Below are positions 43,375-55,225 of a DNA stretch of 64,000 nucleotides, piece by piece. The position numbers were made by a program, and so were the translations under genes. The notes below the pieces were generated by a model, which made no database searches, was not told the origin of the DNA, and saw only the letters and a list, made by a program, of their open reading frames with translations. Each line of letters begins with the position of its first letter. Within the stretch, counting starts at the first letter, position 1. Origin of the DNA: Histomonas meleagridis 2922-C6/04-290x (Eukaryota > Protista > Parabasalia); the NCBI GenBank assembly GCA_020184695.1, contig JAANOX010000047.1:310001-374000 (forward strand). The letters run 5' to 3'.

Positions 43375-44502
43375 ATGGGAATTTCTTCATCTTCATTGTC
43401 CCATGTTGACCAAGCTAATCTCAAAGAAGTTGATTGTGAACCAGCTAATCTTCTATCTTTTATGATGCTTTCAACTCTCTTAAAAGAGAATGAAAACTTA
43501 ATTTTTTCTCCATACTCAGCTTATGTAACCCTCATGATGGTGGCTTCTGTGTGTTCAGAATCTTCACGAAAAGAAATCCTAGATTCATTCAAGTTACAAT
43601 CTGATTTGACGCCAGATGATATTCTTAATTCCATAATCAATCTAGCCAAAAAGATTGAAAAGTCTGCGACCAAAACTGCAATCAAAAGTGGTAATAACAT
43701 ATGGCCAAATAGCCAAAATTATAATCCAAAGCTCTTCGAGCCACTCATGAAATTCGGAATTGAAATCACGCCTGTTGAATTTCCTCAACCTGGTTGTGAT
43801 CAAATCAATGAGAAAGTATCTGATATAACTGAAGGATGCATTAAAAATCTTCTTTCTCCAGATAATCTTATTGATTGTAAATATGTTATCACTAATGCTA
43901 TTTACTTCAAATCAGAATGGATTTCTAAATTTGACCTTAACGAAACCAAAAAGCAAACATTTTATCATTTTGATGGTACCACACAAGAAACTGAATTGAT
44001 GATACAAATTTCTGATTTTTTGTATTATCAAAATTCCGATCTTCAACTTCTTTGTATGGAATATAATGATGGATTTCGTATGTATATATTTCTTCCCAAG
44101 CAAAAAGATATTACTTCTTTTAATCATTTGAAAGATTCATTATTATTAAATTATGAAAATTATATAAAGAATCTTCAAAAAGAAAAAGTTTGTGTGCAAA
44201 TACCAAAGTTTAAACATGAATGGGATGCGTCACTTAATGACGTATTAAGTAATTTAGGGATAAAAGAAGTATTTGTGACAAATCCAAATTACGTTTTCAT
44301 TTCCGAAATAAAGCAAAAAGCTTTTATTGAAGTAAATGAAGATGGTACAGTTGCTGCAGCTGCAACAGCTGCATTTGCAGATGAATGTGGAGTCATGTTC
44401 GATGAAGAGCCTATTGATTTCATAGCGAATCATCCTTTCTTTTATTCGATTGCACATAAGGATGGAACAATATTGTTTACAGGAGCATATCAAAAAATAT
44501 AA
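43375..44502 (+). CDS. Serpin (serine/cysteine protease inhibitor)
   Basis: IFSPYS, NAIYFKSEW, IPKFK, inhibitory-type hinge EVNEDGTVAAAAT and FIANHPF. Counting from the hinge, the predicted P1 is Cys (ADEC-G). Confidence 0.93.
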   Translation: MGISSSSLSHVDQANLKEVDCEPANLLSFMMLSTLLKENENLIFSPYSAYVTLMMVASVCSESSRKEILDSFKLQSDLTPDDILNSIINLAKKIEKSATKTAIKSGNNIWPNSQNYNPKLFEPLMKFGIEITPVEFPQPGCDQINEKVSDITEGCIKNLLSPDNLIDCKYVITNAIYFKSEWISKFDLNETKKQTFYHFDGTTQETELMIQISDFLYYQNSDLQLLCMEYNDGFRMYIFLPKQKDITSFNHLKDSLLLNYENYIKNLQKEKVCVQIPKFKHEWDASLNDVLSNLGIKEVFVTNPNYVFISEIKQKAFIEVNEDGTVAAAATAAFADECGVMFDEEPIDFIANHPFFYSIAHKDGTILFTGAYQKI

Positions 44503-44876
44503 ATAAATAAAAATTTGAAACACATACTCAATGTCAATAATTTTTAAAATTGGAAAAATCTAAGAATTTCTTATGATTTAGCCAAGCCATAAGGATAAAA
44601 ATAAGAGGATATGAATGGAAATGATTATTAATTTTAATTTTGGATAATTCAAATTTCATATGATATACAAATAAAAATCAAAATAGAATACTTTATTTAT
44701 CAAATTGTCGAAGAAATTACAGACGAATTCTTTCAGATGAACATTAAAATTTTGAATTTTGTTTTCGGACCACCCCGTATGGAAACGTTTATTTTTTGCT
44801 TGTAACCGTTATAATATTGGCGGTTTTATAACAAATGTTCTGTGTACACCATTGAAAAGCACAATTAAACATTTAA

Positions 44877-45875
44877 ATGCAATTAAACCCATTTGGAGCA
44901 CCAGTATTCCAACGAAAAATTGTTTCTCAAACTAAAGTTCCCTTACAATTCAATCCTTTTAGTCTTTCTTTCAATTCACCATTCTCAAAAGAATTAAGAC
45001 TTGCAGTTGCATCATTTCAACAAGAGCAAAATAGGATCAAAATATTCCGAATCGTTGGTCCCTCCATTATTGAAGAATCTGAAGCTCCAGTAAAGTTTCC
45101 ACAAACATCATGTTTATTTTCATCAATAGGTTCAAATGATTCTTTTGATTCCCTTATTACATGTGGGGACACTTTAAAATTATGGAAGATCTCACTTGAT
45201 GGGATTAATTTAATGGGTGAAATTGATGTTAGTACCACCAAAGATCCAATCACTTGTCAAGATTGGTCATTATATGATCAATCTCTTGTCATAGTTGGTT
45301 CCTGTAATGGTTCTGTCACAGCCGTTGATCTTATGTCAGGCCAAGTTGTTACACGAATAATTGCACATGATCATCCCATTCATGATATCCAATTTTGCGG
45401 GCCCACGTCCTTTATTACTGTTGACTTTGATGGTTCCATGCGTCTTTTTGACTTACGCGATCTCCAATCGTCATTTATCTATTACCAATCTGCGATGCCA
45501 TTGATGCGAGTTAGTGTTTCGCCCATTGATAACTTTAAAGTTGCGACGTTTTCTAAAGATTCTAATTATGTTGTTGTGATTGATACTCGTCGATCAGGTG
45601 TTCCGTGCGGATTTTGCAATGAGCACATCGGAAACTTGACATGTCTGAAGTGGTCGAATATGATCGATAATGTGCTCTTTACGTCCGATAATAAAGGTTA
45701 TATATATCAATCATCGATGGCCGAAAACATCGTGAAGCTGAAGGCGAACATGATAAATCAGTACGAGCTGCCGATCGAGTCATTTAATATTGGACAGAAC
45801 TTAATAGCAGCAACGTGCGAAAAACAGATAAATATAATGGAAATGAGCGTAAATCAAAACAGAATTCAATTATAA
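44877..45875 (+). CDS. WD40 protein, DCAF7/WDR68/AN11-like
   Basis: DPITCQDWS, IAHDHPIHDIQF, DGSMRLFDLRDL and VVIDTRRSGVP match the DCAF7 family pattern. Confidence 0.75.
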   Translation: MQLNPFGAPVFQRKIVSQTKVPLQFNPFSLSFNSPFSKELRLAVASFQQEQNRIKIFRIVGPSIIEESEAPVKFPQTSCLFSSIGSNDSFDSLITCGDTLKLWKISLDGINLMGEIDVSTTKDPITCQDWSLYDQSLVIVGSCNGSVTAVDLMSGQVVTRIIAHDHPIHDIQFCGPTSFITVDFDGSMRLFDLRDLQSSFIYYQSAMPLMRVSVSPIDNFKVATFSKDSNYVVVIDTRRSGVPCGFCNEHIGNLTCLKWSNMIDNVLFTSDNKGYIYQSSMAENIVKLKANMINQYELPIESFNIGQNLIAATCEKQINIMEMSVNQNRIQL

Positions 45876-46179
45876 ATTTATATAAATTATGAATTTGATC
45901 TTCGTTTTTGTAATATTTTGTCGTGTGAAATCATTCGAATATAAAATTTTTGGAAAAGATTATTAAACATTTTAAAATATACTGCTTAATGAGCTTTAAT
46001 ATGTGTTAAAATTTAGATGCTTTTATATTACTGTTTAAATGATTAACTTTAGGAGAATTTAATTTGACTTATTCGATTAATTATAAATGTTTTAATATAT
46101 GTATTTCAACTTTAAATTATACAATAAGGTTTAAACCACTATTTAAATTAAAAGTTTCACTATTATTTTGCGTTTATAA

Positions 46180-47214
46180 ATGTTATTCTTTATATGTATT
46201 TTAGTGATAATGATTCAGGCAGATGAAATCATAAGATTCCTTCCTGATAATACAGATAATCTGGATAATGTATATACTTTAACTGTAACTGATCATCCAA
46301 ATGATGAAAATGTTTTTAGGTGTTCCATGGACGAAATATTAAAAGTTGTACCTCAAGAAAAAATAAATGAACTAAATGATTTATATGATGAACATTTTTC
46401 TCCAGAAAAGCTTATAGAGATGTCGGAAAATGAGGATAATTCTTTAACAGAATATGATGTAAAAACAATCTTGTACTATATTTATTTACCAGAACTTGCA
46501 AATAGCTTAGATCTTGAGCTCAATGCAGGAAGTACAATGAAATTAGATTGTTTCTTTGAAGCTCTCAGAAGAGCATTTGATAAAAGCAAATCATCCGTTG
46601 GGAAACCAACATATAGAGTTGATAAATACCTTAATTCTGGATATTTTAAACCTGGCTTTTATGTTTCAACAAGATCTTTTACACGGTGTAGCTATGAGTT
46701 AAGTTCTGTAATTAAAGAAAGACATCCGTGTATAATGAAATTGATTCCAAAAAGAAATTTAAGGATAATTAGTTATTTCACAGAGTTGAAATCCCCTCAT
46801 GATTTATATGAAACAATATATCCACCTGCAACTCATTTTAAAGTTAGAATAAAACCATATGTTATGTATTGTAAAATAAACCCAATTAATGAAGAAGGAT
46901 ATTGTCTTCCAATGAAGGGTTCATCTGGTTTTTATGGAGCATTTTTCGTTGAACTCGAAGAAATTAATGAACCATATGGCCCATTAATATATAGAGAACC
47001 TCTGCAACCTTCTGTGGAACCTTTTAATCTTTCTGAAGATACAGAATATTATTTAGATGAAACCACAACAGCAAGTAAAGAAAATTCCAAGAAAAATGTG
47101 GTAATTATTGCATCTGTTGCTTCAGTAATAGTTCTTATAGTAATTGTGGTTTTAACTATTTTTTTCTTATATAGGAAACGTGGAGAAATAACTAAATCAA
47201 GCAATAATATTTAA
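46180..47214 (+). CDS. Signal peptide + ART-fold (ADP-ribosyltransferase-like) domain + C-terminal TM
   Basis: TYR...FKPGFYVSTRSFTRCS...IISYF...YETIYPPATHFKV resembles the R-S-E ART core. Paralog of 50445-51428. Confidence 0.6.
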   Translation: MLFFICILVIMIQADEIIRFLPDNTDNLDNVYTLTVTDHPNDENVFRCSMDEILKVVPQEKINELNDLYDEHFSPEKLIEMSENEDNSLTEYDVKTILYYIYLPELANSLDLELNAGSTMKLDCFFEALRRAFDKSKSSVGKPTYRVDKYLNSGYFKPGFYVSTRSFTRCSYELSSVIKERHPCIMKLIPKRNLRIISYFTELKSPHDLYETIYPPATHFKVRIKPYVMYCKINPINEEGYCLPMKGSSGFYGAFFVELEEINEPYGPLIYREPLQPSVEPFNLSEDTEYYLDETTTASKENSKKNVVIIASVASVIVLIVIVVLTIFFLYRKRGEITKSSNNI

Positions 47215-47793
47215 AAATTACCATAAAATATTCTTAATTTATAAAACTATAATTTTCCTATTTGCTACAATTTTACAATTAATTATCCATAAAATAAGTA
47301 TATTAGATAAAATTCATTAAATTCATGTTTTATATAGAAAACCATAATTAATGCGTAGCCACCATTTATTCTAAGAAAAAATTGATCGTGCATAAACATC
47401 CATTTGCAATAATTGAAGTTTTTCAAAATATGACCATATTTATATTAATAAACAAATCATTAGTAATTAGTATAACATGCTTCTCATTTGTCAAAAATTG
47501 ATTTTAATCAAGGAATACAGTTTATATAGAACTAATTTAACAGATTTCATGGAATTTTAATCGTAACAATTGTTTATTTACTTTTTGTTGATAAGTTACA
47601 GTGTTTACACTCAGATTTTTAGCTTTAATTTAACCAATGTTTCTTCATCTTTATCTTAATATGCGTAATGATTCAAATTCCAACACAAGAATCACATGAA
47701 AGTCGAGCGTTTTGAATAATGTAACAAAAATTCGTATGAAATAAAAAATCGAAATAAAACTAATTAATATTTATATAAATGTGATATATAAAG

Positions 47794-49371
47794 TCAAATC
47801 CATTGGTCTTCATCTTCATGAATTAAATTTCCAATTTCTTTGTCGACCTTCTCCCTTCGTTGTTCTGTTGGTGCGTTTGCCTCAAATGATTCTGTTCCTG
47901 AAGCTGATTTTGTTGCATTATTTCGTCGAATTAAATATGTAATAATTCCAACGATAATAAAGATGATGAAAACTGTTCCACAAATGACGCCAATTAAAAT
48001 TGTTGGAGAAATTGGATTGTCGATATTTATGATTTCATTATTAATTTGGTGGAAAAATGTATAAAAATACGAATAAACAACTGAATACGTCGAATATCGA
48101 ATAATTATATAATCATAATAAAAAATATCTGTCGGAATGTAGAAAGAATGTGAATCCTTAAATGAGAGTGAATATGTATTTTTCAGATATAATGTATTGA
48201 TGGAAATTGTTTGTGTAAATATTAATGAATATGTTAATGTTATAGAAAATGTTAAATTTTCATTGACATGAAATGAAGCTGAAAATGTATTCGATGATGT
48301 AAATGAATTTGAATTTGAAAATGTTTTACTTTGCGAAAATGAATTTGATAATGTAAATGAATTTGATTTGGTAAATGTATTTGATGGTGCATATGTGTTA
48401 CTTTGTGAAAATGAATTTGATTTAGTGAATGTATCTGAGTTAGAAAATGAGTCGCTGCGTGTAAACACATTTGACTTGGTGAATGTTTGGGTTGACGGAA
48501 TGCACTCTTCGAATGTTCCTCTGGTAATGTTGATTTTGCCAAATGTTTTGTTTTTATATGATGAAGGCACCATAATGGTTTCAATTTGATTAGAAAATGC
48601 CTTATCATCAATTTTTGATGGTGATGAATCACCATTAAAATATATACATTTAAGTGAAGAGTAATAAGAAAATGCACATTCATCAATCGTATTAACCTTC
48701 CCGCCAATAAAAAGTGTTTCTAAATTACCACATGAATAAAATGCATAAGATTCAATTGTTTCAACATTTTCGCCAAGAATTATCGTTTTTATATTATTAC
48801 ATGATTCAAATGCTTTTTCTCCAATTAATGCGACTGTATTTGGTATTGTAAATGAATTTGTTATATTACCTATTGGATAACAAATTAATTTTGTAATATT
48901 TTTATCATATAAAATTCCATCATTTTCATAATTAGAAAAATATAAATTTTCTTCAGATACATATATAAATTGAAGTTTTGAACAATATACAAATGGATTG
49001 ATTCCTATTGATGTGACTGATTGCGGAATTGTGATATTTTTTATATTAATACAATTTTGAAATGCATATTTTCCAATTGTTGTTAAGTCTTCTCCTAATA
49101 TGACAATTTCCAATTTCTCACAGCTTGAAAATGCATTTTGTCCAATTGTAGAAACTGATTTACCAATTTCAACTGACAACAATGAATTCCATTGTGAAAA
49201 AGCTGAATTTGGTATTGTGTCAATTCCTTCAATGACTAAATGTTTTGCTGATTTTTGAGAATTTTCAGAATCACTTGGCAATTCACTTTCATTATTTAAT
49301 ATTAATGTTCGATTATCATTAACATAGACAAATTGAAATGAATTTTTAATAAATAAATAAAATAAAAACAT
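47794..49371 (-). CDS. BspA-like LRR surface protein with S/T/N stalk and TM
   Basis: TpLRR repeats, FT.SN.F stalk and TM. Likely start MFLFYLFIK at 49371 behind a TCATTT Inr-like motif (track start 49887). Confidence 0.88.
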   Translation of the reverse strand: MFLFYLFIKNSFQFVYVNDNRTLILNNESELPSDSENSQKSAKHLVIEGIDTIPNSAFSQWNSLLSVEIGKSVSTIGQNAFSSCEKLEIVILGEDLTTIGKYAFQNCINIKNITIPQSVTSIGINPFVYCSKLQFIYVSEENLYFSNYENDGILYDKNITKLICYPIGNITNSFTIPNTVALIGEKAFESCNNIKTIILGENVETIESYAFYSCGNLETLFIGGKVNTIDECAFSYYSSLKCIYFNGDSSPSKIDDKAFSNQIETIMVPSSYKNKTFGKINITRGTFEECIPSTQTFTKSNVFTRSDSFSNSDTFTKSNSFSQSNTYAPSNTFTKSNSFTLSNSFSQSKTFSNSNSFTSSNTFSASFHVNENLTFSITLTYSLIFTQTISINTLYLKNTYSLSFKDSHSFYIPTDIFYYDYIIIRYSTYSVVYSYFYTFFHQINNEIINIDNPISPTILIGVICGTVFIIFIIVGIITYLIRRNNATKSASGTESFEANAPTEQRREKVDKEIGNLIHEDEDQWI

Positions 49372-50444
49372 AAATGAAATGACATGAAAATTGTATTTCG
49401 TTTTATCGATATTACATTTTTTAAAAATATGTATCAAAGAAAAAATAACCAAAAATATTATAACATATGAAAGATAAAAAAAAATGCTATTTTTATATTG
49501 GGATAAAAAATTCGAATAATATGTATTGTCAAATGGACTTTTCTCCACGATATAGTAATTAATCCAGAGTTGTAATTGTTTAAGAAAGTATGTTGTGGTT
49601 TTTTTTGATATTATTAGAATCAATATGATATTATCAACATCCATGCACTTGCTAATTGCATAATTTATGTGCTTACTACGAATCTTAAATTCTTTGTCAT
49701 TATTTTGGATTTGATGAATTTGTAAATTTTCATATTCGAATATGTATTTATTAAATCTAATTTTACATGCAAGTACAGTCACACCAATTATAATAACTTC
49801 TATCAGTTGAATGATAAGAAGATTGTGCATTAATTTTGTTTCAGGGTTTTTGTTCCATATAACTTTTTGATAGTTATTTACAATCACAAAAACCGATTAC
49901 AAAAGTTGTCGTATTTTTATCAAAATATTTGAAAACCCTCGAATCCGTTTTTGAGAAGCAAATTTTTACGATAACGTATTTTCTTTGAGCATGTGAATAA
50001 AAATGGAGTGCAAAAAGAAAAAAAAAAAGTGAGAACAGAAATTTTGGGCCAGTTGAAAAAACAAAAATATATGTTTTCCTTTACAAAATAACCTGGTGAC
50101 CATTGCGAGTTTATCTGCTGGGATCCAACAACTTTCATAACACCCTTTAGAAATGATTCCCATTTTTCAGATTTAAATTTAGCAATACGTGGTTCAGAGA
50201 AAAGCCTCATAAGGCGTAACACAGTGTTATCTTAAATATACACAAAATGTGAATTGTTTTTTAATGAAAATATATTTAATTTGCTTTGTGAAAATGTTTA
50301 TAATTTGAAACTTATGAAATATAAAAATTATATACTTTTGGATCTTGTTTTTGCTCAATGTTAATTAAAATAAAAAATATTCGAAAAAGTATCCTTGAAC
50401 TTCTGCTTTTTTTATAAAATTATAATATCATATTCATTTTTACA

Positions 50445-51428
50445 ATGTTTATTTTTCTTTGTCTTTTAGGAAATCAAATTCAAGCAATTGAAGCAAAAGG
50501 ATTCTTTCCAGATGAAACTAATGATAAAAATAAAGTATATACTTTAACTGCACTCCCTCATACAAAGGATAAGAATGTTCAAAAATGCCTAAGTAAAGAA
50601 GTGTCAAGAGTAGTACAACAAGCAAAGTTAAATGGAATGGATAATAAATTTAGTCAACTTTTTAATGCACAAAAACTTAAAGTAATCTCTCAAAATGGGA
50701 ACAATCCATTAACAGAAAATGAGGCAAAATCTGTTTTTAGATATTTATTTATTCAAGAAATTACTGATAACTTCGATCTTGAACTGAATTCAGGAAGCAC
50801 AGGTAAATTTGATTGTTTCTTTGATTCTATCAAGAGAGGATTTGATAAACTCGTTAAAGGAAACCCTACTACATTTTACAAAGCTGTTAGAACTTTTAAA
50901 CCTGCACAATTTAATGTAGGAAATTTTGTTTCAACAAGAGCATTTACAATAGTTACAAATGATTTTGGTCCAATTCAAGATCAAGTTAATATAATATTAC
51001 AAATATTTGGGAAAAGGAATATGAAATCCATTCAAGGCTTCTATAGTAATAAAAAAGGAAATACAATGTTATATCCTCCTGCAACACGATTTAAAGTAAA
51101 GAAAAATCCTTATCCAATGTTTTGTACAAAAGGACAAGGATTAGCTCAGTGTACGAACAAAAAGAGTTCTCCCACTCAATTGCAAATAACTTTTGTTGAT
51201 TTAGAAGAAGTTAATGAAGATTATGGACCAATTCAATATAAGAATCTTCCACCAGGACCAGTAAATCCTACAAACGAATCCATAACAACATCACCAACCA
51301 AGCAAAAATTTTTTACTAAGAAGGTCATAATAATTATTGCAGTAGTCGCAGCTGTGGTTCTTGTAGTAATAGCTGTTTTGGTAACTCTCCTTATCAAGAA
51401 GTCAGGAAATTATAGCAATTCTCTTTAA
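50445..51428 (+). CDS. Second ART-fold type I membrane protein (catalytic R/E replaced)
   Basis: Aligns with 46180-47214 (VYTLT, LELNSGST.KFDCFF, G.FVSTRAFT, YPPAT.FKV, FV.LEEVNE.YGP), but has FYK for YR and NTMLYPP for YETIYPP. Confidence 0.6.
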   Translation: MFIFLCLLGNQIQAIEAKGFFPDETNDKNKVYTLTALPHTKDKNVQKCLSKEVSRVVQQAKLNGMDNKFSQLFNAQKLKVISQNGNNPLTENEAKSVFRYLFIQEITDNFDLELNSGSTGKFDCFFDSIKRGFDKLVKGNPTTFYKAVRTFKPAQFNVGNFVSTRAFTIVTNDFGPIQDQVNIILQIFGKRNMKSIQGFYSNKKGNTMLYPPATRFKVKKNPYPMFCTKGQGLAQCTNKKSSPTQLQITFVDLEEVNEDYGPIQYKNLPPGPVNPTNESITTSPTKQKFFTKKVIIIIAVVAAVVLVVIAVLVTLLIKKSGNYSNSL

Positions 51429-52216
51429 TAAGATTTCTTAACAAAAACTCCATCAAAATCCATGGAACTTAAATTTTTATTAACTAAAATTTTTTAATTT
51501 GGATGATAATATTTTTCTTTAACTATTCTTATATGAATGTTATAAAAATTATTTTGTCATCATTGTTCTATTTTAATTTTAAAATACATTATCAAGAAAC
51601 TTTATCATTTATTACAAATGTAATTCAAAAGCAAAAATTCTATCGATCTATGTGTCAGTTTTGTCTTATCAGAGTGTTAACACGAAAGGAAATGATGCTG
51701 CTTCACTCATTTGATTGCCGCATTAGTTTCATGCGTAAAAGATAAAAGAATTTAATTAGTTTCAATTTAGTAAATTAATTTCCAATAATAAACACCCTAT
51801 AATTTTCCCAAAAAGACTTAATCAATTAGTTATATGTAGGAAATATAATTAATTCACAAAATGCATTTGTGCTAAATATGCACTGCTGTTTCATTGTTAA
51901 ATAATTATAACTTTTCTGACTATAGAATCTCACATAGTTCCAATTTTTGTACAATAACAATAAGCACTGCCGTGAAAAACATGTAGACCGACACCTTATT
52001 ATAACCCACGCCTATACTGTAGCATTATTCATAGAGAAAATATTTAGTAATATATATTTGATAAATTTTTTTTGATTTAATTTTGTAATTTTTGCAATCT
52101 TCCTATTTTTCACTAACTTCACTAAGGAGAACGTTAACACAAAATCTTTTTTCTCGATTTTCTTAACATAATTAATTTTAACATATATTCAGCCCCAAAA
52201 ATAAATCATATAAAAC

Positions 52217-53590
52217 TTATGTTTCTTCTTCTTCATTGTCTACTTTTAAGTCTAAGTTTACAGACAAAAAGAACAAACTCAAGAAACAATCCACCAGCGC
52301 CATAACCTTATCATCTTTTGTCTCCAAATCCGCAACTTGTAGTATTACTTTATCCAACTCGTGCATTATTTGGTCGTGAAATATTCCGTCGTGTGCGATT
52401 TCGATTAAATATATATAAGATTTCAATACGATTTTAAGCATATTCTCATCAGATGACTGCAAGAACAAGTCCAATATGTCCATATAGCCATTAACTAATA
52501 GATAACTGGCAACGATATTTGGAATTCTGTAAATCAATTTTGACAAAAATTTTAAGGAAATTGATTTAACAGGAAATACATAATTATGAAAAGAGTTTAA
52601 AATGATTGGTAATATGATTTCAATGTTAGTATAGATGGTATGACGGAATTTAATTATCGAAATGGCCATTTGAAAAAATCCTGTTTTTACACGTTCTGAT
52701 GATTCATCATGCAATGCAAAACAAAAATAATCCCAACGGAATATAGCAAACGCATTTTCAATATGAAAATTGGCAAATGATTGAATTAATTTCATGATTT
52801 CGATTTGAAGGGGTTCGTTCGAAAATTGGCACATTTCGTAAAGCGCTTGATATGGGAAGTCTTGGAGAAGCTTTTCAGCACAAAATGGGAAGCATTCAAA
52901 GCAACAGGAAAAGAGGCTTAATATTTCTGGAGCACTTTTGGTTAAATTGGTAAGTTCAGATTGAACAAATCCAACTATTAAAATTATTTCATTTTCAAAA
53001 TTGGCATCAATCCTTTCAACAATGACGGTCAAGCATCTTATAATGGAAAGTTGTGTAAGAAAATCATTACATGAATGATAAATTGTAATGATCAGTTGGA
53101 CTGAATCATTGGAAATTATGATTTTTGGTGGTACTTTGGTTATTAATATGGAATATAATGAAAAGATATTGGACTTGTCTCGAAGTACTGGGAAAATTGC
53201 TGAAAAAAGAAAATTGATAAAATTAATATCTATAAAAGGAGTAAGATCAAACCCAGGAGTACTAACAAGAATGATTAAAACACGAAATATGTTATCATAA
53301 TAAAGAGTAAATAAGGGATTTTGTAGAAGATCAAAAAATAAAAAATTCATGCCACTAATGTTAAATTGTTCTATTGGGATTTGTGCTGTATTACGGAGGT
53401 ATCGGTGAAGCTCAGATATAGAATGAATCGTATTTCCGTAATTATTTTCTTGATAATTCGAAATTAATTTTTTTAAAATTTCATACAAATTACCAAAATT
53501 TACCATCCTATCTTGATCACTCTGTCGAAGGAAATTGATGTACTGACGTCTGTAATTCCTATGAGATTCATTTTTTTTGTAGTCGCACAT
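52217..53590 (-). CDS. ARM/HEAT-like helical hypothetical protein
   Basis: 457-aa Leu/Ile/Phe-rich helical ORF with an acidic tail; no specific motif recognised. Confidence 0.65.
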   Translation of the reverse strand: MCDYKKNESHRNYRRQYINFLRQSDQDRMVNFGNLYEILKKLISNYQENNYGNTIHSISELHRYLRNTAQIPIEQFNISGMNFLFFDLLQNPLFTLYYDNIFRVLIILVSTPGFDLTPFIDINFINFLFSAIFPVLRDKSNIFSLYSILITKVPPKIIISNDSVQLIITIYHSCNDFLTQLSIIRCLTVIVERIDANFENEIILIVGFVQSELTNLTKSAPEILSLFSCCFECFPFCAEKLLQDFPYQALYEMCQFSNEPLQIEIMKLIQSFANFHIENAFAIFRWDYFCFALHDESSERVKTGFFQMAISIIKFRHTIYTNIEIILPIILNSFHNYVFPVKSISLKFLSKLIYRIPNIVASYLLVNGYMDILDLFLQSSDENMLKIVLKSYIYLIEIAHDGIFHDQIMHELDKVILQVADLETKDDKVMALVDCFLSLFFLSVNLDLKVDNEEEET

Positions 53591-53914
53591 GTCATTCGCC
53601 CGTTTATTTTTGTCTTTTAGATCAAAAAGTTTTCAAAGTTGTCTAAGATTTGCATGGCGTCAATGCAGATATTCTTTATAATTTCGCTTATTTATACTAA
53701 ATTAAAAGATAAAGATGAAGCCATAAACTTTGATATTTTTTTTTATGATAGAAAGATAATAATGAAATTATTAAAATTATTTTTTTAAACTTATGTTCAC
53801 CTCTTAAAGGGAAGATGTTTTGCATTTTTATTTTCATGAAATTGGATTTAATTATTAAAATTATTAATTGGAAATAAATGTAAAAGTACATCAAATTTTG
53901 ATGTTCTAACAAAT

Positions 53915-54217
53915 ATGATCAGTTGTTTTGTGTTTGGAAGGCGATTATACTTATTCACACGTCCGGACGGGATCTCTTTGGCTGAGAAACCAAAATGCTG
54001 TCGAAGGTTGTTCACTGAAACGATTTATATTAATAAAGCAAAAACATTTTCGAAAATTCGAACACCTGATTCTGCTTCCATAGCATGGGAATCATTTATG
54101 AAAAAGAAAAATAAAGCCGAAGAAGTGGAAGTTTATAGTGATACAAAACAAATTTCTGAAGAAACATTGAAAGAAATTGATGAATTACTGAAGGAGATTC
54201 ATGATACTGAAGTTTAA
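53915..54217 (+). CDS. Small hypothetical protein
   Basis: 100-aa ORF with coding-like composition, Cys-containing N-terminus and acidic helical end. Confidence 0.5.
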   Translation: MISCFVFGRRLYLFTRPDGISLAEKPKCCRRLFTETIYINKAKTFSKIRTPDSASIAWESFMKKKNKAEEVEVYSDTKQISEETLKEIDELLKEIHDTEV

Positions 54218-54610
54218 TTTGCTTAATAAATAAACCTTAAAATAATGTTAAAACCTTTTACTATTGTGTTGAATTCATGAATCTTTAAATTAGTAAAATA
54301 ATTTAATTAAATTTTGTTGTTAAAAATAATATTTTTAGAAAAAACTGGCATAAGAATTTCAGGTGAAATAGTTTGCTATAATTTCTTTAAAAAAAAAAAG
54401 AAGTTGATCATTTTGATTAGGAAAGTAAAATTTAAAATAATAAATGTCATTATATTTTGTCTCAAAAATGATATAATTCAATGATTAAAAAATTGTCATA
54501 ATATAAACTCAATAAACAAACTTTAATGATTTATAAGAACGTCAAAACTTTGCAGCTAATGTTGAACAAAAAACTCTTAAGTCAAAAACTTAAGTGTCGA
54601 ATTTCCATTT

Positions 54611-55225
54611 TTAGTAAATGTTGCATTTTTTCTGATCTTGTTCGGCCTTTTCCAATTCTTTATTTCCTTCAACCATATCAACTTTAGCTTCCTCGATTTT
54701 TTCATCAATTCTGACGACAACTTGATGATCTGATTGAATTTTATCATGAACTTGTTGCGTGATTTCCTTGAGATCTTGCATATCAGTCACAATCTGTTCA
54801 GTTTGCTCTTGAATAAAGTCAAGGTCTTCTTGTTCTTGTTGAACTTGTATTTGATCAGCATTGCCTTCAGTTTGTTGGAGAACCTTTGCTTCTTCAGCAG
54901 CCTTTTGTGCTCTCTCTCTGTCATCAATTGTTTGAATTTGTTGCAAGATATTTTCCCTTTTTTGTGAAAATTCATAATATGGTCCATCATAAACTCTATG
55001 AATGTCTTCATCATGACCTCCATCTTTTCCTTTGTCTATTTTTTGTTCAATAATACCGGACAATCTGATCAATTGCTTCATTGAAATTTTGACGGTATTC
55101 CTTATTTTTGGATCTTCTAAATTTTCTAAATTAGGCCTAACTTTGGTGAACCAGATTGTTTTAAAGCTGTTTACCTCGGTTGAGAGTTGATTTGTTTTCT
55201 CTGCAGCGATATTCCTGAAAGACAT
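54611..55225 (-). CDS. Syntaxin-like t-SNARE without TM, ending in CNIY
   Basis: SNARE motif EQTEQIVTDMQDLKEITQQVHDKIQSDHQVVVRIDEKIEEAKVDMVEGNKELEKA. Likely start MSFRN at 55225. Confidence 0.8.
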   Translation of the reverse strand: MSFRNIAAEKTNQLSTEVNSFKTIWFTKVRPNLENLEDPKIRNTVKISMKQLIRLSGIIEQKIDKGKDGGHDEDIHRVYDGPYYEFSQKRENILQQIQTIDDRERAQKAAEEAKVLQQTEGNADQIQVQQEQEDLDFIQEQTEQIVTDMQDLKEITQQVHDKIQSDHQVVVRIDEKIEEAKVDMVEGNKELEKAEQDQKKCNIY

